A DNA stretch of 64,000 nucleotides from Pseudonocardiaceae bacterium (GCA_050700055.1 JBOHGE010000020.1:11770-75769); one strand, 5' to 3'. Numbered from the stretch's first letter, positions 47,855 to 57,207 are shown. Notes: generated by a model from the letters alone, not told the origin. A program made the numbers and translations.

Positions 47855-48730
47855 ATGAACTATCCGAGTACCGTCAGAGAACTTACCGAAACGTTGCGAC
47901 GGGGCGATTACCTGGCGGACCGGGGCTTGGCAACGGCGGTATTCGTGGCGATGTCGCTGCAGCGACCGATTCTGCTCGAGGGGGAGGTCGGCGTCGGCAA
48001 GACCCAGATCGCCAAGGTGCTGGCCTCGGTGTTCGGCCGTAAGTTGATCCGTCTGCAATGCTACGAAGGCATCGACACCAACCAAGCTCTCTACGAGTGG
48101 GACTACGCCCGCCAGCTGCTCTACATCCGGGCACTGTCCGACCGTGGCATCGCCGAGGAGGAGGCGATCGAGAAGCTGTTCGGCCCACGATTCCTCCTTG
48201 AGCGTCCCCTGATGCAGGCCGTGCAGGCCGGTGATCAAGCCGTCCTGCTGATCGATGAGGTCGACCGCGCCGATGACGAGTTCGAGGCATTCCTGCTCGA
48301 GGTGTTGTCCGACTTCCAGATCAGTATCCCCGAGATCGGCACCATCAAGGCGGAGCGCCCACCGCTGGTGGTACTGACCTCCAACCGCACCCGCGATCTG
48401 CACGACGCGCTGAAGCGGCGGTGCATGTACCACTGGATCGGCTACCCGGAACCGGACCGCGAGGTCGAGATCGTCACCGTGCAGGCGCCCGAGGTCTCCC
48501 AGGTCCTTGCTCGCAAGGTGGTAGCAGCGGTCAACCGGCTCCGTGAGATGGACCTTGCAAAACCACCGGGTGTCGCCGAGACCATTGACTGGTCGCGCAC
48601 CCTTGCGTTCCTCGGGGAGACCGGGCTGAGCCCGGCCGTCGCCGACGTCACTCTCGGCGCAATCGTGAAGGACCGCGACGATCTCGCCCTCGTGCGGGAC
48701 AACCTCGAGGAAGTGACGTCCAATGTCTGA
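47855..48730 (+). CDS. coxD: MoxR-class AAA+ ATPase (CoxD-like)
   Basis: An AAGGAG RBS precedes the start. Walker A LEGEVGVGKT and Walker B VLLIDEVDRAD are present. The context is a cox cluster. Confidence 0.8.
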   Translation: MNYPSTVRELTETLRRGDYLADRGLATAVFVAMSLQRPILLEGEVGVGKTQIAKVLASVFGRKLIRLQCYEGIDTNQALYEWDYARQLLYIRALSDRGIAEEEAIEKLFGPRFLLERPLMQAVQAGDQAVLLIDEVDRADDEFEAFLLEVLSDFQISIPEIGTIKAERPPLVVLTSNRTRDLHDALKRRCMYHWIGYPEPDREVEIVTVQAPEVSQVLARKVVAAVNRLREMDLAKPPGVAETIDWSRTLAFLGETGLSPAVADVTLGAIVKDRDDLALVRDNLEEVTSNV

Positions 48731-48757
48731 GACGCCGCACGGATCCGTCTGACCGCA

Positions 48758-49903
48758 ATGTCTCATAACCACAGCGGGTTCACATCGGTTCTCGTCGACT
48801 TCGGGCGCGCGCTGCGCTCGAAAGGTTTAGCTGTCGGCTCGGGTGACATTCTCACCTACTGCCGGGCGATGGCACCGTTGGATCCGACCGATCTTCTTGA
48901 TCTGTACTGGGCCGGGCGGACCACCCTCATCATGCGCCGCGAGGATCTGCCGGTCTACGACGAGGTGTTCAAGTCGTTCTTCCTAGCCTCCGACAGCCCG
49001 GTACAGAAGCTCCTGAAGATCAAGGCCCAGTCCGCCGCCGACGCCGAAGCACCTTTCGAGATCCCCGCCACCGAGCCATCGGGCAAGAACCAGGAGGAGG
49101 AGGCCCTTCTCGGCCTGATGGCCTCCAACGTCGAGACACTCAAGCACCGATCTTTCGGCGAGTGCACCAAAGAAGAGCTCGACGCGATCCGGCGCATCAT
49201 GGCACGGGTCAAGCTGACCCCACCCAAACGTCGCACTCGCCGCACCAGGACGGCCTCCGACGGGCGCAAGCCGGACATGCGCCGGACCATCCGTGAGTCA
49301 CTGCGCACAAATGGCGAGATGGTCGGGCTGTACTGGCGGCGACGCCGCATGCGTCTGCGCCCGCTGATCCTCATCCTTGATGTGTCCGGATCCATGTCGG
49401 ACTACTCCCGAGCTTTACTGCAGTTCGCCTACTCGGCTAAGCGGGGAGCTTCCCAGCGCACCGCCCAGCGGGTTGAGGTTTTCTGCTTCGGAACGCGGCT
49501 GACCTGTGTCACGAAGAGCCTGCAGACCCGTAAACCTGACGAGGCACTGGAACGCGCCGCAAAGCTTGTCGTCGACTGGGAAGGCGGAACGCGTATCGGT
49601 GATTCGCTCGACCACTTCGTCCGCAAGTGGGCACGTAGAGGTATGACCCGCGGTGGAGTCGTGGTGATCTGCTCTGATGGGCTCGACCGAGGTGACCCGG
49701 AGCTTCTCTCCGACTCCATGGAACGACTCTCCCGATTGTGCCACAATATCGTGTGGATGAACCCGCACAAAGGCAACAACCCCAACTATCAACCTCAGAC
49801 GGTCGGCATGATCGTCGCGGAACCATACATCGATGTGCTTCTGTCCGGCCACGATCTGAGCAGCCTTGAAGAACTTGCCACGCTGCTTCCCCGACTCGGC
49901 TAG
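48758..49903 (+). CDS. coxE: VWA-domain protein (CoxE-like)
   Basis: MIDAS motif LILDVSGSMSDY. It immediately follows the MoxR ATPase gene. Confidence 0.8.
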   Translation: MSHNHSGFTSVLVDFGRALRSKGLAVGSGDILTYCRAMAPLDPTDLLDLYWAGRTTLIMRREDLPVYDEVFKSFFLASDSPVQKLLKIKAQSAADAEAPFEIPATEPSGKNQEEEALLGLMASNVETLKHRSFGECTKEELDAIRRIMARVKLTPPKRRTRRTRTASDGRKPDMRRTIRESLRTNGEMVGLYWRRRRMRLRPLILILDVSGSMSDYSRALLQFAYSAKRGASQRTAQRVEVFCFGTRLTCVTKSLQTRKPDEALERAAKLVVDWEGGTRIGDSLDHFVRKWARRGMTRGGVVVICSDGLDRGDPELLSDSMERLSRLCHNIVWMNPHKGNNPNYQPQTVGMIVAEPYIDVLLSGHDLSSLEELATLLPRLG

Positions 49904-49918
49904 GGAGGCCGAATAATC

Positions 49919-50212
49919 ATGTTCATGAGATGGAGCGTCGGAATCGAGGCCGAGGGAGATCGGATCATCAAGCGCGAAGAAGTCGTTGAGCTTGCCGATG
50001 CCGTCGCCACGAGCGACGGCATCGCAACCGGTATCGGGACCAACCGTTACGGCGCACAAGTCGTCGTGTTCGCAGACTCCCGCGAAGACGCGATCAAGAA
50101 GGGCAAGGAATGCTTCGCTGACGCAGTGCACAAAGCCGGACTGCCCATATACCCAATTGTGCGCATCGAGGCGACCAGCGAAGACGACGACGGTTCGGAC
50201 ATGGACGACTAA
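49919..50212 (+). CDS. small hypothetical protein with an acidic tail
   Basis: 97-aa ORF lying 15 nt after coxE. Composition is plausible. Confidence 0.4.
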   Translation: MFMRWSVGIEAEGDRIIKREEVVELADAVATSDGIATGIGTNRYGAQVVVFADSREDAIKKGKECFADAVHKAGLPIYPIVRIEATSEDDDGSDMDD

Positions 50213-50278
50213 TCCTGAAACGCTGACGCAGCAGCCGCTCATGACACTAGGACACTTTATGAACATGCAGGTCGGGTC

Positions 50279-50719
50279 ATGATTCGCCTCGGGTCGCTCG
50301 CTGGATACTCATTTGAAGGGCCGCGGATTCTGGGCGGCTGGACCGCGCCGTCCAGACCGGCTGTCTTCGCTATCATGTACAAGCCGGATCCCGACACCAA
50401 ACCCGATCGTTATGCGGTCATTTACGTCGGTCACGCCGACAACATGGCCGAGGCCGGCTTGCCGTTCAAGCATGCGCGGTCCAACTGTTGGATCCACCGG
50501 GCCGGCTCACGCTGGAAGCTTCATATCTGCACCTACGAGGTTGCCGGGTGGGCCCGATCTCATCGCGAAGAGATAGTTCAAGAGCTTGCCGCCATCTATA
50601 ACCCGCACTGCAACGAGGTGAAGTACGACAAGGCATGGGATGACCACTGGATCGGGTCATATGACTCCGAGCTGACTGGACCCCTCGCCAAACGCGGCCC
50701 AGACGACTCCCCCAAATAA
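50279..50719 (+). CDS. GIY-YIG-like domain protein (tentative)
   Basis: PAVFAIMYK...RYAVIYVGHADNMAE...KHAR...REEIVQELAAIYNPHCN follows the GIY...YIG...R...E...N spacing of GIY-YIG nucleases. The first motif is degenerate. Confidence 0.4.
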   Translation: MIRLGSLAGYSFEGPRILGGWTAPSRPAVFAIMYKPDPDTKPDRYAVIYVGHADNMAEAGLPFKHARSNCWIHRAGSRWKLHICTYEVAGWARSHREEIVQELAAIYNPHCNEVKYDKAWDDHWIGSYDSELTGPLAKRGPDDSPK

Positions 50720-50733
50720 CAACATAACAACAC

Positions 50734-50769
50734 AGTGGGCAGCGACCATGCACTTGGTCGCTGCCCACT
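50734..50769. terminator. 14-bp perfect hairpin between convergent genes (bidirectional terminator candidate)
   Basis: agtgggcagcgacc-atgcactt-ggtcgctgcccact. Confidence 0.6.
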
Positions 50770-50816
50770 TGAATAAGTTGCTACCGACGGAGGACTTGAG
50801 GAAACCACGGAGTGTA

Positions 50817-51176
50817 TCAGTGACGAGCGTCTCGGAAACCCACCGTGTCCATCAGACGAGAACGCCGCCGCCCGGAGGCCGGCACATTGGTGTGACCATT
50901 AACCGGAGCAGGTACCGGAGGAGCCAACTTGGCTGCGATACGCTCTGCACCTCCGTAGAGCAGCGGCAGTGCTCCTGCCACCACACCACCAGTCCGGTTG
51001 ATATGCTCAACGGCAGGCACAATCACCTCAGCATGCTTGACGATCGTCTTAACACTTCCACAGCAATCGTCGAGATTGTCTGCGATACGGCTGAGCATCA
51101 CGCCGATCACCAAGAGGAATATCGCCAACACGGCGATCAACGTGGCGATCAACACTACCGTCAGGACGATTAGCAT
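50817..51176 (-). CDS. small single-pass membrane protein, paralog 5 of a tandem array
   Basis: N-terminal TM LIVLTVVLIATLIAVLAIFLLVIGV followed by a helical segment. There is a 2-nt gap to the upstream paralog. Confidence 0.55.
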   Translation of the reverse strand: MLIVLTVVLIATLIAVLAIFLLVIGVMLSRIADNLDDCCGSVKTIVKHAEVIVPAVEHINRTGGVVAGALPLLYGGAERIAAKLAPPVPAPVNGHTNVPASGRRRSRLMDTVGFRDARH

Positions 51177-51178
51177 CT

Positions 51179-51481
51179 CTAGCCCTTTCCGCCGGTCGGC
51201 GTCCCGGAACCAGTCAGAACCCTGGTCAGGAACAGGTGATGCTGCAGGCCCTCAGCCAGTACCGCGTCGACCCTATCAGCCGTGATGGGAATAAGTGACG
51301 CATTCGCGGTGTTCTGCGGGATGGCCCGCAGAGTCTCCCGGACGTTCACCACATTCTTGTCGATGACACGTATCATCGACACCAGGGTGCCGAGCAGAAG
51401 GATAACCACGAGGACCACGCCGAAGCCGAACAGGACCGCAACCCACCAGAAAGCGATCTCTTCAGGTGCATATCCAGACAT
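51179..51481 (-). CDS. small single-pass membrane protein, paralog 4
   Basis: TM FWWVAVLFGFGVVLVVILLLGTLV followed by a helical segment. There is a 2-nt gap to the upstream paralog. Confidence 0.55.
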   Translation of the reverse strand: MSGYAPEEIAFWWVAVLFGFGVVLVVILLLGTLVSMIRVIDKNVVNVRETLRAIPQNTANASLIPITADRVDAVLAEGLQHHLFLTRVLTGSGTPTGGKG

Positions 51482-51483
51482 CG

Positions 51484-51768
51484 CTAACCTCCCAGCCGAG
51501 CTCGGCCACGTTCCAGACCTCCGATAATGACCTCAGCGTGGTCAATCGTCTGTCGCAGATCCGCCAACGCGAGCGTGTTCCGGTATGACTGCTGAAGAGC
51601 CTCGTTGATCTGGGGTGCCTGACGACCGATCCGCCCGGCCAGAACCAGGATTGGAGCAACCAATGCCACCACAACCGTGATGACGACGATAGCAATGGCA
51701 AAACCCAGGTACCAACCGAACAGATGCGCCTCCGCGGGCCCGGGCGCCTGTTCCGCAAGCCACATCAT
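51484..51768 (-). CDS. small single-pass membrane protein, paralog 3
   Basis: TM FGWYLGFAIAIVVITVVVALVAPILVL followed by a helical segment. Confidence 0.55.
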   Translation of the reverse strand: MMWLAEQAPGPAEAHLFGWYLGFAIAIVVITVVVALVAPILVLAGRIGRQAPQINEALQQSYRNTLALADLRQTIDHAEVIIGGLERGRARLGG

Positions 51769-51814
51769 CCCGCAGCCCTCCTTTCGGTAGCCGTTGTTAC
51801 AGGGTCGAAAAAGC

Positions 51815-51994
51815 CTAGCGGTCGGGTGTCGTCGTCACACAGGTTGTCTCGAGGTAACCCAGGACCGTCTGCGTAGCCGTCTGCAGATTGTGGTACTTCT
51901 TGACGTGCTGCGCAACCTGCTCCATCAGAGCGTCCTTGTTAGACGAACTGAACTGCGAGCTGCACTCCTGGTGCCCACAAGTGAATTCATGCAT
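51815..51994 (-). CDS. DUF1059-like small metal-binding protein (59 aa, below the ORF-track cutoff)
   Basis: My own translation of the minus strand gives MHEFTCGHQECSSQFSSSNKDALMEQVAQHVKKYHNLQTATQTVLGYLETTCVTTTPDR*. The C..C...H...H pattern and the size match DUF1059. Confidence 0.55.
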   Translation of the reverse strand: MHEFTCGHQECSSQFSSSNKDALMEQVAQHVKKYHNLQTATQTVLGYLETTCVTTTPDR

Positions 51995-52052
51995 GTGAAT
52001 AACTCCTTCTATCCCGACCGGCGGAATCCGACATGGAAACCGCCGAAACCAA

Positions 52053-52310
52053 CTAGACTTGCTCCGCCATTGACCTCACGGGTGCGAGGTTGGCATTCAC
52101 CGAAGGGATAACCTCCGGCACAGTCCTGGTCTGGTAGGCGATCGCTTTCACGCCCACAATGATTGTACCAAGCGTCCACGAAACGTGCTTGAGCTGAGAA
52201 ATCACCTTCAACAGCGAGATCCCAACCACAGCCACGACCAACGCGGTCGCCAGCAACGTGACCCACGCGGCTGCAGGCATGGCTTTCTCCTTTTCTCGAT
52301 CGTCTCTCAA
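52053..52310 (-). CDS. small single-pass membrane protein, paralog 2
   Basis: TM AAWVTLLATALVVAVVGISLL followed by a helical segment. The likely start is MPAAAW at 52280. Confidence 0.5.
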   Translation of the reverse strand: MRDDREKEKAMPAAAWVTLLATALVVAVVGISLLKVISQLKHVSWTLGTIIVGVKAIAYQTRTVPEVIPSVNANLAPVRSMAEQV

Positions 52311-52322
52311 GTTCTTCGCATG

Positions 52323-52589
52323 CTAGACACCCAGCGCACCCAGCAGATGCCCGACACGCTTCACGTAGCGAGTCGCACCGATGGAGACCTCCTTGACCGT
52401 GCTATCCGTTTCGGCCAACAGTGCCGGAACGTTGTCAAGCTCCCCGGTCAGGATCACGCCGTTATACAGAATGTCATCGCAGGTCGCCCGGATTCGATCT
52501 ATCGGCGTGACGATGCGGTTCATCAACACCACAACGATGGGAAACACGACGAAGATTAAAACCAGGTTACCAATCCACCACAAGATCAT
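52323..52589 (-). CDS. small single-pass membrane protein, paralog 1
   Basis: TM ILWWIGNLVLIFVVFPIVVVL followed by a helical segment. It lies 28 nt downstream of coxG. Confidence 0.55.
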   Translation of the reverse strand: MILWWIGNLVLIFVVFPIVVVLMNRIVTPIDRIRATCDDILYNGVILTGELDNVPALLAETDSTVKEVSIGATRYVKRVGHLLGALGV

Positions 52590-52617
52590 ATCCGGCCTCC
52601 CTTTCGCGCAAGGACTC

Positions 52618-53187
52618 TCATCGCGATTTCCGACCGAAGATGCGGCCGAAGAAACGCTTGAGAGCAGTCATCGTCGCCTGCATGGCGATGCTGAAACCCT
52701 TCACCGGAACAGCGTCGCGCCGCGCGGGAGCCTCACCCCGAGCAGCCCGTCCGATATCATCCGCGATACACTTCGCGAAACTCCGCATGATCACGCTCGT
52801 GACATCCTGAACCATGCCTCTACCGAATTGAGCCGCTGCGCCGGAGAGTTGAAGGTCTTGGGCCACCTTGACGCGCGTCCCTGTTCCGGACGGCACCATC
52901 GTCGACGTCACCGACATCGTGGCCTGGCCCTTACCTTTCTCCTCGGACCCGGAAGCGTTCATCACGATCCGCTTCGCGGCCTCATCGCGCAACACAATCT
53001 GTGCTGTACCGGAGAATTTGAGTGACACCGGACCCATCTTGGTGGTCACCCGGCCCTTGTACACGTCGCCGTTGACATCGGTGAGCTCGGCACCCGGCAG
53101 GCAGGGTGCTATCCGCGGCACGTCTTGCATGTGCTTCCACACCTGCTCGAGCGGCGCAGCAACCTCGAACTCGTTCTCGATCAGCAT
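52618..53187 (-). CDS. coxG: SRPBCC-fold CO dehydrogenase subunit G-like protein
   Basis: MLIENEFEVAAPLEQVWKHMQDVPRIAPCLPGAELT...KGRVTTKMGPVSLKFSG is the CoxG family pattern. Confidence 0.8.
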   Translation of the reverse strand: MLIENEFEVAAPLEQVWKHMQDVPRIAPCLPGAELTDVNGDVYKGRVTTKMGPVSLKFSGTAQIVLRDEAAKRIVMNASGSEEKGKGQATMSVTSTMVPSGTGTRVKVAQDLQLSGAAAQFGRGMVQDVTSVIMRSFAKCIADDIGRAARGEAPARRDAVPVKGFSIAMQATMTALKRFFGRIFGRKSR

Positions 53188-53190
53188 CGA

Positions 53191-54228
53191 CTACTCGCTC
53201 TCCTTACAACACGCTCGGTCCGCAACTTCCGATTCACAGCCTGTCCCCGACCCAATAAAAGCGACTGGGTCCTCCTCGAATGATTTGCGACACCCTGCAC
53301 AGCAGAAGTAGTACATGGTCCCGTCATGATCCGTCTTGTGACGCGCCGAACCTACCTCGACTGTCATGCCGCATACGGGATCGAGCGCTTCCTGGATCTC
53401 GACGATCTCTACCGGCGAACCCTTGACGAGCTGACCCGCCGCTCTCAGTTTCACCAACTCAGCCAGCACACCCACCGCAATCTCGCGGTGCGAGACTCTC
53501 CCCAGATCAAGGCCAGCCGGCACCTTGACCCGGTCCAGCGTCTCCTTGGGCACGCCTCGACTCGCCACGTAGCCCAGAACCGACTCGGCCCGCGGACGAG
53601 AGCCCACCAAACCGATATAGGCCGGACCCGCGGTAATCGCATGCTCTACCGCTTCTTCGTCGTGATGCCCCTGAGTCGCCACGACCACCAACGAGCGCTC
53701 ATCGACGCCGGCCAGCTTGAAATCCAGTTCGCTGACCACGCACTCCGCCGAGGGAAAATTCTCGGCAGAGCCCCCGTCGGCATCCATCAGCACGGTCCGC
53801 CATCCGAGGGCCTGAGCCATCTGCACCAGGGCTTGCGCCATCGGCGACCGTCCCACGACAACGAGATGGGGCTTGGGCTCCACGGGCTCGATGTAGATCT
53901 CCAAAGCCCCCTCGCTCTGGCACGACATCGGCACATAGCTGATGCCATCCCGCACTGCCACGGACTCAAGCTCATCAGGGGTCCCGAGGAAGACGAGGCG
54001 CGGCACACCCTCGGCGAGGATACGCCGCGCCTCGCGAACGACCACCGGTTCTGCGCAGGCGCCACCAATCCAACCGAAAATCTGTCCGGATGGTGTGATG
54101 ACGGCCCGGCACCCTTCTTTGCCCGACGATGGACCGCGCCGCCACACAACCGTCGCCAGCGCGAACGCCTCGCCCCGCGTCGACAGCTCGCGGGCATGCT
54201 CGAGGACTTCCCATCCGTCCATGGTCAT
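53191..54228 (-). CDS. XdhC/CoxF-type maturation factor fused to a C-terminal YHS/TRASH metal-binding domain
   Basis: The XdhC N- and Rossmann-like parts are present (FALATVVWRRGPSSGKEG, HLVVVGRSPMAQAL). The C-terminus reads DPVCGMTVEVGSARHKTDHDGTMYYFCCAGCRKSFEEDP. Confidence 0.8.
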   Translation of the reverse strand: MTMDGWEVLEHARELSTRGEAFALATVVWRRGPSSGKEGCRAVITPSGQIFGWIGGACAEPVVVREARRILAEGVPRLVFLGTPDELESVAVRDGISYVPMSCQSEGALEIYIEPVEPKPHLVVVGRSPMAQALVQMAQALGWRTVLMDADGGSAENFPSAECVVSELDFKLAGVDERSLVVVATQGHHDEEAVEHAITAGPAYIGLVGSRPRAESVLGYVASRGVPKETLDRVKVPAGLDLGRVSHREIAVGVLAELVKLRAAGQLVKGSPVEIVEIQEALDPVCGMTVEVGSARHKTDHDGTMYYFCCAGCRKSFEEDPVAFIGSGTGCESEVADRACCKESE

Positions 54229-54237
54229 CGGCTCTAC

Positions 54238-56625
54238 CTATCCATCGGACTTGACGGGAGGCATACCGGATATGTCACGCTTGTACTTCAATGCCTCCCA
54301 CACACGGTCGGGTAGCAGCGGCATGTCGATGTTACGTACACCCGTGTCATCAATAGCGTCCATGACTGCGTTCACGAATGCCGCCGGGCCACCGACAGCG
54401 GCACACTCGCCAACGCCTTTGGCACCGATCGGGTGGTGCGGTGACGGCGTGACGACTTCGTGGAGCTCGAAACCCGGAGTCTCCCATGCCGTCGGCAGGA
54501 GGTAGTCCATGTAGTTCGAGCCCACGCAGTTCCCGTCGGCGTCGTAGGTGATGAACTGCATGTTGGCCATGGCATATGCCTCGGTCATGCCGCCCATGAT
54601 CTGAGCCTCGACGATCATCGGGTTGATGCGCACACCGCAGTCATCGACTGCGACCATCCGCAACACGTCCCATACGCCGGTCTCCGGATCGACCTCGACC
54701 GTCACGATGTACGCCGCGAACGGCCACGTCATGTTGGGCGGGTCGTAGTAGGCGTTGTTCTCCAGCCCCGGCTCCATGCCATCGGGCATGTTTCCGTAGG
54801 CCGCCATGGCGCACTCCTGGATGCTCACGCCATTGTTCGGCGCACCCCGCACGTAGAAACGCCCGAGCTCCCACTCCACGTCCTCTTCGGACACCTCCAG
54901 GAGATGCGCCGCCAGCTTCCTCGCCTTGGCCCGGACCTTGCGGGCCACCATGGCGGTCGCCGCGCCGGCCACCGGAGTGCTGCGGGACGCGTAGGTCCCC
55001 ATACCGAACGGTGTGTTGTCGGTATCACCGTGCTGGACGAGAATATCTGCGGCCGGTATCCCGAGCTCGTGGGTGACGATCTGCGCGAACGTCGTCTCGT
55101 GGCCCTGGCCCTGGGTCTGCGATCCGATCTTCAGAATCGCCTTCCCACTCGGGTGCACCCGCAGCTCCGCGGCGTCGAACATCTTGATGCCGAGAATGTC
55201 GTACTCGCGGCTGTTACCAGCCCCGAGCGGCTCGGTCATGGTGGAGATACCGATTCCGAGCCGCCGGCCCTGCGCCCGAGCCTGCTCCTTCTCGCGCAAG
55301 AAATCATCATACCCGATGGCGTTCAATCCGACGTCCAGGCACTTCTCGAACTGTCCCGAGTCAAGCAAGAAACCGTAGGGCGTGCGGAACGGGAACTGAT
55401 GGTCCTTCACCAGGTTGATCCGCCGGAACTCTGCCTGGTCCATGCCCAGATCGTAGGCCGCGGCCTGGATCGCGCGTTCTTGGAAGAACATCGCCTCGGT
55501 GACCCGGAAGGAACATCGATAGGCGACGCCGCCGGGCGCCTTGTTCGTGTACGTGCCCTGCGCGGTCATGTACGCGTACGGGATGTTGTAAGCGGCGAAC
55601 GCGGAATGAATCAGGCCGATCTTGAACTTCGTAGGCTGGGCGTCGGAGAAGAAGGCCCCGTTGTCGCTATCACAGTGGAACCGCACGGCCAGGATCTTGC
55701 CGTCCTTACGGAGCGCGATCTCACCCTTGTAGTAGATATCGCGCGCGTAGTGGGTGGAGATGAGGTTACCGGTCTTGTCCTCGATCCACTTGACTGGCCG
55801 GGTGAGGAGAATCGAGCAGAGGATGGAGCAGACGTACCCCGGGTACACGGGGACTTTGTTGCCGAACCCTCCGCCGATGTCCGGAGAGATGATCCGGATC
55901 ATGTGCTCGGGAAGTTCCGCGACGATCGCCACCGCCGCCCGAATGATATGGGGGGCCTGGGTCGTCATGTAGACGGTCAGCTTCGTGGTCGCCGAGTTGT
56001 AATCCGCGATCGACCCGCAGCACTCGATCGGCGAAGGGTGCGATCGCGGGTAGTGCAACTCGAGCTTCGAGACGAGATCGGCCTGAGCAAAGGCGCGTTC
56101 GGTACCGTCCCGGTCACCGACGTCCCAGCGGTAACAGACGTTGTCCGTCTGCCCCTCTTTGTCGTCCCGGATGAGCGGAGCGCCCTCTGCCACGGCTTGG
56201 TAGGGGTTGACAATCGGCGGAAGCGGCTCGTACTCGACGACGATCGCCTCGCAACCGTCTTTCGCTATATAGGGGTCGTCAGCGACCACACACGCGACTT
56301 CCTGACCCTGGAACCGCACTTTGTCGGTGGCGAGCACCGCCTGGGTGTCGTAGGACAGCGTCGGCATCCACGCCAAGTTGTGCTGGGCGGCCATCTCGCC
56401 GGTGAGCACCATGTGCACACCCGGCATCTGCCACGCCTTGCTCGTGTCGATCGACTTGATCCGAGCATGCGCCAACGGACTCCGGAGGATCTCCATGTGC
56501 AGCATGCCGGGCAACTTGAAGTCGTCGGTATAGTTACCCTTGCCGCGAAGGAAGCGTTCATCCTCCACCCGCTTGCGACTTGAACCCAAGCCACCGATCT
56601 TGATCTCGTCTAATGCCTGCGCCAC
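54238..56625 (-). CDS. coxL: form I aerobic CO dehydrogenase large (Mo-Cu) subunit
   Basis: Full-length molybdopterin hydroxylase large subunit containing the form-I active-site loop GGVAYRCSFR. Confidence 0.9.
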   Translation of the reverse strand: MAQALDEIKIGGLGSSRKRVEDERFLRGKGNYTDDFKLPGMLHMEILRSPLAHARIKSIDTSKAWQMPGVHMVLTGEMAAQHNLAWMPTLSYDTQAVLATDKVRFQGQEVACVVADDPYIAKDGCEAIVVEYEPLPPIVNPYQAVAEGAPLIRDDKEGQTDNVCYRWDVGDRDGTERAFAQADLVSKLELHYPRSHPSPIECCGSIADYNSATTKLTVYMTTQAPHIIRAAVAIVAELPEHMIRIISPDIGGGFGNKVPVYPGYVCSILCSILLTRPVKWIEDKTGNLISTHYARDIYYKGEIALRKDGKILAVRFHCDSDNGAFFSDAQPTKFKIGLIHSAFAAYNIPYAYMTAQGTYTNKAPGGVAYRCSFRVTEAMFFQERAIQAAAYDLGMDQAEFRRINLVKDHQFPFRTPYGFLLDSGQFEKCLDVGLNAIGYDDFLREKEQARAQGRRLGIGISTMTEPLGAGNSREYDILGIKMFDAAELRVHPSGKAILKIGSQTQGQGHETTFAQIVTHELGIPAADILVQHGDTDNTPFGMGTYASRSTPVAGAATAMVARKVRAKARKLAAHLLEVSEEDVEWELGRFYVRGAPNNGVSIQECAMAAYGNMPDGMEPGLENNAYYDPPNMTWPFAAYIVTVEVDPETGVWDVLRMVAVDDCGVRINPMIVEAQIMGGMTEAYAMANMQFITYDADGNCVGSNYMDYLLPTAWETPGFELHEVVTPSPHHPIGAKGVGECAAVGGPAAFVNAVMDAIDDTGVRNIDMPLLPDRVWEALKYKRDISGMPPVKSDG

Positions 56626-56657
56626 GTCACATCTCCCTATGTCGTCGACCCTAGCCG

Positions 56658-57152
56658 TCAGCGACTAAACGCGCCTGTCTCGGACCGCAGCTTCTCCGCA
56701 GCCCACAGCACCGACTTCACGATGTTCTGGTAACCGGTGCAACGACAGAGGTTGCCGGCCAGTGCCCAACGTATGTCTTCCTCCGTCGGGTTGAGGTTCT
56801 CGTCGAGCAGTGCTTTACATGCCAACATCATTCCGGGCGTGCAGAAACCACACTGCAGTCCGTGCTCCTCCCGGAAACCCTCCTGAATGGGGTGGAGCTC
56901 ACTGGGCAAGCCGAGACCTTCGACGGTCATCACCTCGTGCCCGTCCGCCATGACAGCGAACATCGTGCACGACTTCGCAGGCAGGCCGTCGAACAGCACG
57001 GTGCACACACCACAGTTCGTCGTGTCGCAGCCGATGTGCGAGCCGGTCAGCCCCAGTATCTCGCGAAGGAAGTGGACCAACAGTATGCGAGGCTCGACGT
57101 CGACAGTTCGGGGTTCCCCGTTAACAATGACCGTTATCCGCCGCTCTTCCAC
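56658..57152 (-). CDS. coxS: CO dehydrogenase small [2Fe-2S] subunit
   Basis: GCDTTNCGVCTV and CGFCTPGM...LCRCTGY are the two Fe-S cluster motifs. Confidence 0.9.
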   Translation of the reverse strand: MEERRITVIVNGEPRTVDVEPRILLVHFLREILGLTGSHIGCDTTNCGVCTVLFDGLPAKSCTMFAVMADGHEVMTVEGLGLPSELHPIQEGFREEHGLQCGFCTPGMMLACKALLDENLNPTEEDIRWALAGNLCRCTGYQNIVKSVLWAAEKLRSETGAFSR

Positions 57153-57207
57153 GCCGCCTCCTTGACGTCGCCAATGCTCTAGGACCTAATGATCTGGATG
57201 TCAAGGC

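Noticed and set aside
47855-49903. MoxR-VWA pair as a stand-alone conflict system
   Set aside because: The pair lies within a form-I CO dehydrogenase cluster, where CoxD (MoxR) and CoxE (VWA) are expected maturation factors. The cox role is the simplest explanation.
54460-56583. 707-aa ORF antisense to coxL
   Set aside because: The composition is degenerate (Arg/Val/Asp/Gly-rich). The opposite strand encodes a full-length CoxL with the AYRCSFR loop.
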